The notes under the pieces were generated by a model. The model had not been told where the DNA came from. It saw nothing but the letters and a program-made list of their open reading frames with translations, and made no database searches. Shown one piece after another: positions 19,580-30,229 of a DNA stretch of 64,000 nucleotides; within the stretch, counting starts at the first letter, position 1, and every line of letters starts with the position of its first letter. The stretch comes from Nitrosomonas sp. (GTDB lineage: Bacteria; Pseudomonadota; Gammaproteobacteria; Burkholderiales; Nitrosomonadaceae): NCBI GenBank assembly GCA_024281995.1, contig JAMWZW010000008.1, positions 29,806 to 93,805 on the forward strand, in the 5' to 3' direction. A program made the position numbers and the translations under genes.

Positions 19580-22500
19580 TTATTTTGCGATACGCAGTGG
19601 TAGGGCGTGAAATTTATTGGCAATAGATTGCTTTAAGAGATTTTCGATATCAGAAACAGGCACGGGTCTACTGAAATAATAACCCTGATAGTGATTGCAT
19701 TGTTGTGCAATCAATAAATTGAGTTGTTCTTCTGTTTCAATACCTTCAGCAATAACTTCTATTTCCAGGCTGTGCGCCATCGCAATAATGGCGGCAACGA
19801 TCGTGCGATCATTTTTGTCGCTTACAATATCGCGTACAAATGAACGGTCGATTTTAAGCGTATGTATCGGAAAACGCTTGAGATAACTCAGACTCGAATA
19901 ACCTGTACCAAAATCATCAATTGATATGTGCATTCCCATTTCACTCAAGCATTTGAGGGTTTCGATGACTTTTTCAATATTATCGATGAGCATGCTTTCG
20001 GTGATTTCCAGGCTGATGTATTTTGCTTCAACGCCAGTTTCGTTAAGTATGCGGGCAACATTTTTTGTTAATTCCTTATCCCGGAACTGCCTTACTGATA
20101 GGTTAATAGCGACCCTTGGAACGGGATATCCTTGTTGTTGCCATGTTTTAATTTGCATACAAACTGTTTTGATAACCCATTCGCCAATTGGAATAATCAA
20201 TCCGGTTTCTTCCGCCAGGCCAATAAATTTATCAGGAGTAATCAGTTTATGCTCGGGGTGTCGCCAGCGGAGTAGAGCCTCTACACTGTGTAACTGATTG
20301 TCAGGCATATCCATAACAGGCTGATAGTACAAGACCAATTCATTGCGCTCGAGTGCATGGCGTAAATCCAAAGTAAGGGTATGCCGCTCATGCGCAGATT
20401 TGTTGAGTTCATCAGTGAAGAATTGGTAATTATAGCGGCCATTTGCTTTTGCATAATACATGGCTACATCGCTATTTTTTAATAATGCATCCGCACTGGT
20501 TCCATCGCCAGGAAACACAGCGATTCCTATACTTCCCGCGATATGAAGTTCGTTCTTATCGATCTGATAAGGTTGTGTTATCGAATCCAGAATTTTTTGT
20601 GCAACTTTGGCAGCATCCAATGATTCTGCAATAGAATTTAATACCACAATGAATTCATCTCCTCCTTGGCGTGCAACGGTATCTTCGTTACGCACACACG
20701 ACAGCAATCGTTCTGCGACTGCTTTGAGTAAAAGATCGCCAATGTCGTGACCTAATGAATCATTGATAGTTTTGAAATGATCCAAATCAATAAAGAGTAC
20801 CGCCATTTGCCTTTGATGACGTGTATCATGGACGAGGGCTTGCTCAATGCGATCTTGCAGTAAAAGCCGGTTGGGTAACCCAGTCAGAGCATCGTGCGTA
20901 GCCATTCTAATGATTCGTTGCTCGGCCTCTTCGCGTTCATACCAGCGCCCGAGGTCATGTGCAATGCTATCAATCAGGTTTTGCTCATAAGGGAGTGTGA
21001 AGGGAAGGTCTTGCAGATAAGAGACTTTTAACAATCCGCATATGGTTCCGTTGGATATAATTTGCGCTGTTAACTGGTTATGGAAGTTTTCTTGATATCC
21101 TATTGTAGCAATTTGCTTATTCTCCAACTCAATCATGGCAACTGCCATTTCCGGAAAATGCAGAGCTCGGATGAGTGACTCCAAAATGTTTTGACATATT
21201 TTTTCAGTACTGAGATTCTGCGCCATACAATGTCTGATGATCTGCATACAATTGCTTTCCCTCATTCGCTCGCTCAGGCCAAAATCTTCTTGCTTCTTTG
21301 CAGTGATATCAACGCTCACTGACATATAGCAGTCAATTTCTTCGCAAGTGTTTATTAAAGGAATGATTGCGCAGTCTAACCAAAACAGCATTCCGGATTT
21401 GTTGCGATTACAGATTTCCTGATGCCAAATCTCGCCTCGAGTAATGGTCGACCACAAATCATCAAAGAAAGATTGGGGGTGAATGTGTGAACTCAATAAC
21501 CGATGGTCTTGCCCGATCAATTCTTCCTGGGAATAACCACTCATTTCACATAATTTATCATTCACCTGAACAATTTTGCCATTGCGATCAGTAATGGAAA
21601 TTAAGGCAAGTTTACCTATCGTATTAATATATGCTGTTAATTCAAAAGAAATTTTTTCAGTATCGTTCTTTTCTTTGATCAAGTTTTTATGCTTTTTTGT
21701 CAGCGAATTTCCGAATTGAATGGCTTGTTGTCTACGTGGCAGAGTGACCCAAAAAATCACTGCAAGTCCGGCCAGTACCAACAAGCTGAGATACAATAAA
21801 ATTGTTCCAATGTGATCAATGAAAGGGTTAAATAGCTCCTTTTCATTGATTTGCAATACAGCGCCTAATCCGTGGGCAAGCGGCGAGTGTGCAGCAACAA
21901 TGCTGATTTTCTGAAGGTCCTGAGCAAATTGAATCCCTTCTTTTCCTGTGAGTGCAGAATGTATCGGTAGTGGTTTGTCGTTGACGATACGCTGCATACG
22001 CATGAATTGACTGTCGTTCAAATTGTGCCGGAAGCAGTTGATTGCTAAGTCATTATCTTTTACCGGAGCGCACAGCAATAAGTCGCTGGATTTCCCAATT
22101 AAAGCCGTATCCGTAAATATTTTCATGAGTGCCGGCATGGGTTGTTCAGTAGTGATGCGGCCGATAAATTTGTTCTCGGTGTTGAAAATATTTATAAAAC
22201 TGCGCAAAAGGAATTGCCTGTTCCATAATAATTCACTACGGTTTTCCAAGTCAGCCTGGAGTTCACCAATGAGGTGTGGTCGAGTGGATTTCTGACCGGA
22301 TTCGAGCACTAGGTTGTTATTCGAGTCATGGATGCTGATACTTGAAAAGTTATTTTGCAGCATTTTCTCTGAGAATTTCACTAAGTGAGCGGTGCTTGTA
22401 GCGCGAGACTCATTGAAATGAGTATTTTCCAAATCAGTGACTGGAAAAATGGATGTGGAAAATATCTGAGTATTTGAAATGGTATGTGTAATCTGATTTT

Positions 22501-22678
22501 CTATCAGTGTAGCCATATTTCTCAGTGTCACTTGGAGACTGGAAGTGATCATGGCTTGCGCTTGGGAATGAATGCTTTTATAGACAACAAAACCCGCCGA
22601 TAAGGTGATGGCAATCAATACAAATACATTGATTGTAATGATTCTGCGATCATTATGATTGATTATGAGGCGAGGCAT
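19580..22678 (-). CDS. membrane-anchored diguanylate cyclase/phosphodiesterase (periplasmic sensor - PAS - GGDEF - EAL)
   Basis: Two TM segments, PAS (HQEICNRNKSG..FW), intact GGDEF with RNED I-site, VEALLRW and DDFGTGYSSLSYL. Confidence 0.92.
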   Translation of the reverse strand: MPRLIINHNDRRIITINVFVLIAITLSAGFVVYKSIHSQAQAMITSSLQVTLRNMATLIENQITHTISNTQIFSTSIFPVTDLENTHFNESRATSTAHLVKFSEKMLQNNFSSISIHDSNNNLVLESGQKSTRPHLIGELQADLENRSELLWNRQFLLRSFINIFNTENKFIGRITTEQPMPALMKIFTDTALIGKSSDLLLCAPVKDNDLAINCFRHNLNDSQFMRMQRIVNDKPLPIHSALTGKEGIQFAQDLQKISIVAAHSPLAHGLGAVLQINEKELFNPFIDHIGTILLYLSLLVLAGLAVIFWVTLPRRQQAIQFGNSLTKKHKNLIKEKNDTEKISFELTAYINTIGKLALISITDRNGKIVQVNDKLCEMSGYSQEELIGQDHRLLSSHIHPQSFFDDLWSTITRGEIWHQEICNRNKSGMLFWLDCAIIPLINTCEEIDCYMSVSVDITAKKQEDFGLSERMRESNCMQIIRHCMAQNLSTEKICQNILESLIRALHFPEMAVAMIELENKQIATIGYQENFHNQLTAQIISNGTICGLLKVSYLQDLPFTLPYEQNLIDSIAHDLGRWYEREEAEQRIIRMATHDALTGLPNRLLLQDRIEQALVHDTRHQRQMAVLFIDLDHFKTINDSLGHDIGDLLLKAVAERLLSCVRNEDTVARQGGDEFIVVLNSIAESLDAAKVAQKILDSITQPYQIDKNELHIAGSIGIAVFPGDGTSADALLKNSDVAMYYAKANGRYNYQFFTDELNKSAHERHTLTLDLRHALERNELVLYYQPVMDMPDNQLHSVEALLRWRHPEHKLITPDKFIGLAEETGLIIPIGEWVIKTVCMQIKTWQQQGYPVPRVAINLSVRQFRDKELTKNVARILNETGVEAKYISLEITESMLIDNIEKVIETLKCLSEMGMHISIDDFGTGYSSLSYLKRFPIHTLKIDRSFVRDIVSDKNDRTIVAAIIAMAHSLEIEVIAEGIETEEQLNLLIAQQCNHYQGYYFSRPVPVSDIENLLKQSIANKFHALPLRIAK

Positions 22679-22939
22679 TGTTTATTTGCTAGAAAATTGT
22701 TGTGGCGTTTTGTTGTAAATGATGAAAATTATCCAAAGAGCGACAACCTATTATCGGTAAACTACTTTTACACTTAAACTGCGATTAGGCACTCTTTTAT
22801 CCCTTTATCTGAAATCTATTGTTCACAGAATAACGTTTAATCAGATGGGAGTTAGTAGCAGTAGGGTGCTGCCAGAAGATTCAAATATATTAAAATGAAT
22901 GGATCGGAAGAGTGTACTTAAGAATGATTTGACGCGGAT

Positions 22940-24427
22940 TTATGTTGTTTTTTTAGTCACTTCCGGGTAAGGGTACAAAATATTCAATGCGACGCTTTTG
23001 CCAGCGGTCTCGACGATGCGCACATGCTCGCGTTTGAATTGCCGGGCATGATGCAGGCCGCATGAATGCGCGATCATGTTGATTTCCTTGTTAACATTTC
23101 TGGCGTAATTGGCTACGCGCAGATATTTTTCTTCAACCACCAGGCCCCTCTGCAAGCGTACATCGTGTGTCGTAACGCCGGTGGGACAAGTATTGAGGTG
23201 ACAGCGCATCGCTTGGATACAGCCGAGCGAAAACATAAAGCCTCGTGCGGTGTTGACAAAATCTGCACCGGCACAAAGTGCCCACGCACCTTCTGCGGAA
23301 GTGACCAATTTTCCGGCAGCCACGACATAAATGCGATTTTTCAAACCGGATTGGATCAGCGCATCGACCACACGCGGCAGCGCTTCGGCGATGGGTAGGC
23401 TGACATGATCAACCAAAGTTTGTGGCGCCGCACCGCTGCCGCCTTCGCCACCGTCTATGGTGAGGAAATCCGGGGCGTATTCCAAACCGCGGCGATTGAT
23501 GCTGTCGCACAGTTCATTGATGAAATTCCATCCGCCGATGGCTGTTTTGATGCCGACCGGGCGCCCCGTCAATTCGCGGATGTAATGGATTTTGTCGAGC
23601 AGTTCGTCGATGTTGTTGATATCCTTGTGGCGGTTCGGGCTGATTGAATTTTGATTGACAGGAATGCCACGGATTGCAGCAATTTCTTCATGTACTTTAC
23701 TGGCGGGAAGCAGTCCGCCTTTGCCCGGTTTTGCACCTTGCGACAGTTTGATTTCAAACGCTTTCACTACTTTGCTCAATTCTTTCGCGCGTTGCGGTGA
23801 GAAATTGCCCTGTTCATCGCGAATACCGTATTTTGCAGTACCGATTTGCATGATCAGATCGCAGCCGCCTTCCAAATGATAAGGCGCCAAGCCACCTTCA
23901 CCGGTATTCAACCAGCAGCCTGCCTGTGCCGCGCCCAGCGATAAAGCGCGCACCGCAGGTTTGGAAATGGCGCCATAACTCATGCCGCTGATATTGATAA
24001 TCGATTTGGCTTCGAATGGCTGTTCGCAGTAACCTTCGCCGATGTGTAGCGACGGCGTGGGCAACTGATCTTCTTCCTGGATCGGGAAAGCGGCATTGAC
24101 AAAAATAATCGAGCCCGGCTGGCGTAGATCGTTGGTGGAACCAAAACCGACCAGACTGCCTTTGTTCTTGGCGTTTTTGTAAATCCATCCGCGGGTAGAG
24201 CGATTGAACGGCATCTCGTCGCGGTCATTGGCGAAAAAATATTGGCGGAAATACTTACCCTGTATTTCGAAAAAATAACGCAAACGGCCTATAACCGGAT
24301 AATTGCGCAGAATTGAATGTTTTTTCTGCGTCACATCCTGGATGAACCACACCACGATCAAGCCGACAGTGGCTACACCCAGCATCGTGGCAATGCTATA
24401 AAAAATCAGATCAAATGCGCCGGACAT
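22940..24427 (-). CDS. FMN-binding glutamate synthase family protein
   Basis: SGMSYGAIS, NTGEGG, EIKLSQGAKPGKGG, DGGEGGSGAAP, GCIQAMRCHLNTCPTG. Confidence 0.9.
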   Translation of the reverse strand: MSGAFDLIFYSIATMLGVATVGLIVVWFIQDVTQKKHSILRNYPVIGRLRYFFEIQGKYFRQYFFANDRDEMPFNRSTRGWIYKNAKNKGSLVGFGSTNDLRQPGSIIFVNAAFPIQEEDQLPTPSLHIGEGYCEQPFEAKSIINISGMSYGAISKPAVRALSLGAAQAGCWLNTGEGGLAPYHLEGGCDLIMQIGTAKYGIRDEQGNFSPQRAKELSKVVKAFEIKLSQGAKPGKGGLLPASKVHEEIAAIRGIPVNQNSISPNRHKDINNIDELLDKIHYIRELTGRPVGIKTAIGGWNFINELCDSINRRGLEYAPDFLTIDGGEGGSGAAPQTLVDHVSLPIAEALPRVVDALIQSGLKNRIYVVAAGKLVTSAEGAWALCAGADFVNTARGFMFSLGCIQAMRCHLNTCPTGVTTHDVRLQRGLVVEEKYLRVANYARNVNKEINMIAHSCGLHHARQFKREHVRIVETAGKSVALNILYPYPEVTKKTT

Positions 24428-24509
24428 ACTCTCTCCTTATTCCACTTGTCAATCGCTATACTTATCCATTCATTTATCGTAAGTGTACAACCAGCGTGCA
24501 CTATAATGC

Positions 24510-25394
24510 ATGGCTTCATGGCCGGTTAACTTAAATAAAGTAGAAAAAGTGCAAGATTTACACGATGAAATTCGCGATAACGTAAAACGCGCGTTACAGG
24601 AAGATATTGGCAGCGGTGATCTGACGGCATCGCTAATCCCCGGCGGCAAGACACTGAGTGCTGCCGTGATCAGCCGGGAAGAGGCGGTATTGTGCGGTGT
24701 GCAATGGTTTGAGGCCTGTTTTTTAACTTTGGCGCCTGAAACGATTATCGACTGGCTTGCCAAAGATGGCGATCGGGTGCAGGCGGGACAGAAACTATGC
24801 GAAATTAAAGGGCCGGCACGCGCATTGCTGACCGCGGAACGCTCCGCGCTGAATTTTCTGCAGTTGTTATCCGCCGTGGCGACGCAAACCAGGCATTTTG
24901 TCGATGCCGTTGCGGGCACGAAAGCTGCCATTGTCGATACGCGCAAAACATTGCCCGGTTTGCGCCTGGCGCAAAAATACGCGGTTACCTGCGGCGGCGG
25001 CGTCAATCACCGCGTAGGATTATTTGATGGCATTTTGATCAAGGAAAATCACATCATCGCCGCAGGCGGCATCCAGCCAGCTCTGAATCAAGCGCGGAAA
25101 ATCGCCCCGCCGGGTGTTTTCATCCAAATCGAAGTGGAATCGCAACAGGAACTGATTGAAGCGCTGCTCATTGGCGCCCAAATGTTACTGCTGGATAATT
25201 TTAATTTGGATCAATTGCGCCATGCCGTTACCCTGACTCGCCGGCAAGCCGGTGAGCAAGTGATCCTGGAAGCATCCGGCAATATTACTTTGGATAACGT
25301 ACGCCAGGTGGCGGAAACAGGCGTTGACCGCATTTCGATTGGCAGTCTGACCAAGAATATTCAAGCCGTGGATTTATCGATGCGGTTTGTGTGA
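24510..25394 (+). CDS. nadC: nicotinate-nucleotide pyrophosphorylase (carboxylating)
   Basis: EDIGSGDLT, LTAERSALN, DTRKTLPG, LIKENH, EASGNITL, ISIGSLT; start position uncertain. Confidence 0.95.
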   Translation: MASWPVNLNKVEKVQDLHDEIRDNVKRALQEDIGSGDLTASLIPGGKTLSAAVISREEAVLCGVQWFEACFLTLAPETIIDWLAKDGDRVQAGQKLCEIKGPARALLTAERSALNFLQLLSAVATQTRHFVDAVAGTKAAIVDTRKTLPGLRLAQKYAVTCGGGVNHRVGLFDGILIKENHIIAAGGIQPALNQARKIAPPGVFIQIEVESQQELIEALLIGAQMLLLDNFNLDQLRHAVTLTRRQAGEQVILEASGNITLDNVRQVAETGVDRISIGSLTKNIQAVDLSMRFV

Positions 25395-25512
25395 GAAGCT
25401 TTTAGAGAGCACATTTAAGCGAATACATATAAGCTTCTGGTAGATAAATTCTCAGCGTCCTAAGTAATCGGTAGTGTGCTGTTTCACTCAAAGTATTCAT
25501 GTTGATGGAGTT

Positions 25513-26169
25513 TTAGTTAGCTTTCTCATCAAGAATAGCCTTGAGGCGATTTTCAACAGCAGCGAGTTCATCAAGTGTCACATTTGGATTTTTTTCTGCC
25601 ATGGATAAGAAGAGTGCTCCTTCTTTTAAAAACAGTCGGGCGAAGAAACCTTTTCGAAGTCCAGAATTTGTGTGTCTAAGATCGTTGCGTATCGCGAGCA
25701 AAAATGCTTCGGTAAGAAATATAGTCTGCGCATCTGGAGTTCCCTTAGCTAGGTGATCTTTCCACGCGACAAATGCTTCAATAACTTCTGGTCCACTCCA
25801 AAGGATCAGTTTTCTGGTGAATTCGCGCAAGAACGATACTAAGTCCTTATCTGGCTGATCGGCAGATTTTTCTCCACCCGAAAAGTAGATATTAAAAAAT
25901 TCTTTTAGAAACTCATCATAGATCTCAGTCTTTTTGTCACGATAAAGTGCATCAAGCTCCTTCTTCCGCTCATAATACCTTCCGATCATGATTGTCACGG
26001 TTGCGACCAAGATCGTCACTGCTCCAGCTATAAGAGAAGCTGCAAGCTCCTTTGGGACTGTGCTAACGTAATCAAAGAATCCTTGAATGGCCCAAACTAC
26101 TAAAAATACAACTCCGGCAATTAGTGTAAGTGCGAGAATAATTGAAAGAAATTTTATGAGGCGTTTCAT
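25513..26169 (-). CDS. hypothetical membrane protein (two N-terminal TM helices)
   Basis: 218-aa ORF with two hydrophobic segments followed by a charged helical domain; no family recognised. Confidence 0.65.
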   Translation of the reverse strand: MKRLIKFLSIILALTLIAGVVFLVVWAIQGFFDYVSTVPKELAASLIAGAVTILVATVTIMIGRYYERKKELDALYRDKKTEIYDEFLKEFFNIYFSGGEKSADQPDKDLVSFLREFTRKLILWSGPEVIEAFVAWKDHLAKGTPDAQTIFLTEAFLLAIRNDLRHTNSGLRKGFFARLFLKEGALFLSMAEKNPNVTLDELAAVENRLKAILDEKAN

Positions 26170-26192
26170 CTGCTTAAAGAATGCAACTAATA

Positions 26193-26840
26193 TTACTTAC
26201 TCTCCATCGTACTAATAAACGCATTCGCTTCGTTGATCGATTTTTCCATCGATGCAATTAGCGCCGAGACGTCGGATTTAATATTGCTTAATTCGCCTTT
26301 CAGCGAGGCGATGGCGCGGGCGTTGAGGTTGTGTTTGAGGAACATGACTTGGTCGTGGAACACGGTGAGGATGGGTTCGATCTTGGCTTCGGCTTGTTTC
26401 ATCGAGGCAATCAACTGGCGGTAGTGCGCTTGCGTGCTGTCGAGTTTTTTCTGGCTGCTTTGTTTCATCGATGCATTGCTGTATTGCGTAATTTCCTGCT
26501 TCCACTCGTTAAACAATGCTTCGGATACGCTTTCAATGTCGGCAATACGGCTTCTGACTTCTTCGGCTTTGCCGATGCTTGCTTCGTAGGCGTCATTCAG
26601 ACGGTTATACGTATCTTCCAGATCGCCGCCGCTGAAATGGGTGGCGGCGGTGAATTGTTCCAGCGCGGATTTAAATTGTTCCTTGGTTTCCTCCTGCGTG
26701 TCGCGCGCTTTTTCGACGCGGTATACCATCACGTCGCGCTTCGGAATGCCGACTTTTTCCAGACCCTCAAGGTACATTGTGGAGCAAGCGGTAAGCATCA
26801 GCGCTAGTGAAATAACGAATAAACGAATAATAGGGCTCAT
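26193..26840 (-). CDS. DUF2959-like coiled-coil lipoprotein
   Basis: ATG at 26840 with GGAG RBS gives MSPIIRLFVISLALMLTAC (lipobox); LFLKHNLNA-like motif (MFLKHNLNARAIASL). The longer start in the ORF track is probably spurious. Confidence 0.75.
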   Translation of the reverse strand: MSPIIRLFVISLALMLTACSTMYLEGLEKVGIPKRDVMVYRVEKARDTQEETKEQFKSALEQFTAATHFSGGDLEDTYNRLNDAYEASIGKAEEVRSRIADIESVSEALFNEWKQEITQYSNASMKQSSQKKLDSTQAHYRQLIASMKQAEAKIEPILTVFHDQVMFLKHNLNARAIASLKGELSNIKSDVSALIASMEKSINEANAFISTMESK

Positions 26841-26892
26841 AAGTGTATCTCCGTTGAAAGTTCTGTAAATAGTCGCGGGTTTAAGCGATTTG

Positions 26893-28887
26893 TCAGCGTA
26901 ATACGCCGCGCTGTAGCAATTGCCACGCAACTTTCAAACCCCACAGGATAGGGTGGCGGCGCAGCATCGGGGTGATTTCGACGTGAACGCCGGTATGCCG
27001 TTCAATTTTCCATGCGGCGTATTCGACGCTATTTCTGAAAGTCAGTGTGGCCTTGGCCAGTCTCAGGATCGATAACATTCGCCCTTGCCAGCGGCGCAAA
27101 CGCCAGTGCCATAGCGCTTGCTTTTGCATTTCTGGTGTAGTCAGGCAACGATATTTACCATTGTTTTGTTTTTCCAGGATTTCTTCCAACATGGGGCTGG
27201 CGACATCTGTGAGGCGGGTAAAAGCGCTGAGATTGGTTTGCGCCAGATGGCGAGCGCGTGTTTCCCGCTCCGCACGTAATTCAGCAGAATAAGTGAGCGT
27301 TAGGCAGCGCGTCCAGATTTCTTCGACATCGGCTATTCCGGCTTCAAGCGTGGGGACGCCTGATTTCAGAAAGTTAATGACGGAATGGGCCTGTGCTACG
27401 TATAAGCGTTCCCGCACAGTCTCATCACGAACATACAGCAACCGTGATGGTTGGGCAAAGCGTGCCCAAATATAGGGATGAAACCAGTATTGCGCGCCCC
27501 GTTCAAAATCTTCTGTTGAAATGACAGCGTATTTGGCGCGTAACATGCGCTCTTGATGCGGTACCTCGAGGTAAAAAACATTGGGTGCCAGCCAGGCGTT
27601 TAAATTAGCCAAATAATTCTGGGGATACGCTTTATAGTAGCTATTGACGATGACGTACAGATCGACGATACCTTCTTCCAGGCTGACTCCGGAATGCAGG
27701 CAGGAACCATAGAGCATCACGGCATCCAGTGATTCACCGAAACGCATAATAAGCGAATCGACCAAAGGTACGAGATCAGGTGATGTTTCCTTGTTGTTTT
27801 CCCAAGCAACTTCACTGATCAATCGAACAGGTAGTTGTTTGGCGGGTGCGGATATGGAGTAATTCATGGTAATAATGTTGTCCTTTAGTGCTAAAAATGT
27901 AATGGGATTGGTTGCAGTAATTCGTAAGGGATTGTATGAATTGACCGATCGATACAATTCACCATCGACAATGTATTCATCATCCATGTGTAAAGTCACT
28001 GCATGGGTGTTATGGCTAAAGTAGCCGTCTTTTTCTTGTAATACTTCACCGCCGCCGGAAAGTAGTGGCCATAATGAGCGCCACAAGCGTTTGTGCTGTT
28101 GATTAACCCAAGTCACATGCAGCGGTTCGGGTTCTTTGCCCCAATACGGCCGGATGTTGAGTAACAAGCGGTCCAATGCGCTGACTAGCGCAAATAGATA
28201 AGTGCCCTGGTGTGACTCTCCGTTGGCTTGCGTTATCTTCATGGTAACAGGCGCCCATTCATCATCTTGGCGGCCAAAGATCTTGCCGGTAATCATGCCG
28301 GCAAGCGAGCGCAGCATAATGAGAAAGGTAAAAATTCCACCGGTAATTCCAATTTGCTTTACCGGGCTACGCGAGAATTTGACGCCACGCGCGATCAGGC
28401 CGACAGCAAAGAACATGCCATAGATTGGCGCCATGCCGCGTTGTTCGATCCGCAATGCCGGTCGTTGCACCAGATTTGGCGCCGATGGCTGCAATAAATA
28501 ATCACGTAAGCACGCTAAGATCCGCTCAGGTTTGCCGCACATGCCTAAATCCAAGGGCGTCATATTGGTGGTGCCGCCAGGAATAATTACCAGCACCGGC
28601 CATTTTTCAGGTGCCAACAGAGTAAACAGATGGCCAAGTATTGCGTGCGTTGTGCCATCTCCAGCGACAATGACCAGTAAGTCGATGTCTGCGCGCAGCA
28701 GTTGCACGATTGCCGTTTTAAAAGAAGTGGCGTCACTGGCTTCGCAAACAAGCATAGAGGGCATTGCTTCTAATATTCGATGGATAGCCGCTTGACGCTT
28801 GCGTACTTGACCACTCATAGGGTTTAGCAGGCAGCCCACTTTAGCTGTCCTGGTTTTCAGGCGGTCAATCCGTGCGTGTAAAGTCAT
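26893..28887 (-). CDS. diacylglycerol/sphingosine-kinase-family domain fused to a nucleotidyltransferase-fold domain (CpgB-like + CpgA-like)
   Basis: N-half LNPMSG...AGDGTTHA (DAGK catalytic); C-half MLYGSCL...DLYVIV (Pol-beta NTase-like); internal Met341 at 27867. Confidence 0.75.
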   Translation of the reverse strand: MTLHARIDRLKTRTAKVGCLLNPMSGQVRKRQAAIHRILEAMPSMLVCEASDATSFKTAIVQLLRADIDLLVIVAGDGTTHAILGHLFTLLAPEKWPVLVIIPGGTTNMTPLDLGMCGKPERILACLRDYLLQPSAPNLVQRPALRIEQRGMAPIYGMFFAVGLIARGVKFSRSPVKQIGITGGIFTFLIMLRSLAGMITGKIFGRQDDEWAPVTMKITQANGESHQGTYLFALVSALDRLLLNIRPYWGKEPEPLHVTWVNQQHKRLWRSLWPLLSGGGEVLQEKDGYFSHNTHAVTLHMDDEYIVDGELYRSVNSYNPLRITATNPITFLALKDNIITMNYSISAPAKQLPVRLISEVAWENNKETSPDLVPLVDSLIMRFGESLDAVMLYGSCLHSGVSLEEGIVDLYVIVNSYYKAYPQNYLANLNAWLAPNVFYLEVPHQERMLRAKYAVISTEDFERGAQYWFHPYIWARFAQPSRLLYVRDETVRERLYVAQAHSVINFLKSGVPTLEAGIADVEEIWTRCLTLTYSAELRAERETRARHLAQTNLSAFTRLTDVASPMLEEILEKQNNGKYRCLTTPEMQKQALWHWRLRRWQGRMLSILRLAKATLTFRNSVEYAAWKIERHTGVHVEITPMLRRHPILWGLKVAWQLLQRGVLR

Positions 28888-28904
28888 GAGCTAGAAATAG
28901 TGAA

Positions 28905-30143
28905 TTAGTTGGATGAAAAAGGGTAAGGTTTTCTGAGATTGAGTGGTGCGCGCGTAAAGATTTTGACCGCCCATATTTCCCGGTCGCGTGCCGGATCGAT
29001 ATCCTGCAGCCACGATTTCAGTGCACCTTCTCTTTGCTTGACTTGCCAGCCCGTAACTACGCGCCATGTAAGGAAGCCGGTTGAGAGTAAATGCCAGAGA
29101 ACCACCAGAATTAAGCCGGTGTCCGGGTGACCGGCCGCCCAACCATATGTAAGCAGTAGAAGATTAGGATTACGTCGTGCCGTGATTAAACGATTGAAGG
29201 AATCCAGTTTGCGCCAAATGAATAGGTCAAAAGGTGCCAGCCAAAGCTGGAATGCGCCTTCGCATAAGCGTCCGCCGATATAGCCAATGAACATAAGCCC
29301 CATCAGTATTTCCAATCCGGCAATAGCAGAGTCGCTACCTGCCAAGCCGGCACCCCAGGCGAGATACCAAAGCGGCGGATGGATAATATCCAAGCCATGA
29401 TCCATGACATCTCCAACACGGCTTGAAGTTACGGTGACACGCGCCAATTTGCCATCAACAGTATCGAGGAAAGTCATAAACCATCCCATCAGCAGGCCAA
29501 TGCCAAAAAATCCGGCCCAGAATGCCAAGCCGGTCAGAATAGCCAGCACAATACTGAGGTAGGTCACATGATTCGGCTGCCAGCCTCGATGCACGCAATA
29601 ATGTGTAGCCCAGAATGCAGGCACCGGCCAAACCCATTTGGTGACAAGATCGGTTACGCCTTTATACGAACCGGAAAACAGCTCCTTTTCCAGGAGCGGG
29701 CGGTTATTCTCGCTGATGGGTAAAATGTAAGGCGGATCCTTCTTTTTCAGGTTTTGCTGGAAATCGATTTTCAGATCTATTAACCCAATGCGTGGGATAG
29801 TGAGTAACACGAATTTATAATTCTGGTTTTTGTTGCTGTTAAGGTTTCTGAGGACTCGCGGTGCTTGATTGCCATCGGTGCGGATGGCGGCAGGGCAATT
29901 TTCTTCACTGTATAAGGCTATTTTTTTATCCAGACTCAATAATGCGGCCAGTACCCGCGTATCGAACAGAAAATTGGCATTCAGAAATAGTGCACTGGCG
30001 CCGGTAGGAATTTTTTCGACATGTTCAACCAGCTGGATGTGTTCATAGGCGTTAAGCATACGCTGTAGACGCTCACGACCGGTCAATCCCCAAATTTTGA
30101 TTTCACTTTCACCGAAAATATAAATATATGTTGAAGTGGACAT
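28905..30143 (-). CDS. CDP-alcohol phosphatidyltransferase family protein (CpgC-like)
   Basis: FLDTVDGKLARVT...GDVMDHGLD matches the D-x2-DG-x2-AR-x7/8-G-x3-D-x3-D signature; extended N-terminal domain. Confidence 0.88.
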   Translation of the reverse strand: MSTSTYIYIFGESEIKIWGLTGRERLQRMLNAYEHIQLVEHVEKIPTGASALFLNANFLFDTRVLAALLSLDKKIALYSEENCPAAIRTDGNQAPRVLRNLNSNKNQNYKFVLLTIPRIGLIDLKIDFQQNLKKKDPPYILPISENNRPLLEKELFSGSYKGVTDLVTKWVWPVPAFWATHYCVHRGWQPNHVTYLSIVLAILTGLAFWAGFFGIGLLMGWFMTFLDTVDGKLARVTVTSSRVGDVMDHGLDIIHPPLWYLAWGAGLAGSDSAIAGLEILMGLMFIGYIGGRLCEGAFQLWLAPFDLFIWRKLDSFNRLITARRNPNLLLLTYGWAAGHPDTGLILVVLWHLLSTGFLTWRVVTGWQVKQREGALKSWLQDIDPARDREIWAVKIFTRAPLNLRKPYPFSSN

Positions 30144-30229
30144 GTGATGTGGTTGTGATAATTATTCCATATGATCACAGCAGCGATCTTTTGACGGGAT
30201 GCTCGTAATTCATAAATTTAGTCAGAAAA

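Noticed and set aside
25440-26195. Integron cassette boundaries around the 218-aa orphan (TTAGTTGC before the start, GCTAAC at the stop)
   Set aside because: No attC-like inverted-repeat structure follows the stop, and there is no integrase or other cassette nearby.
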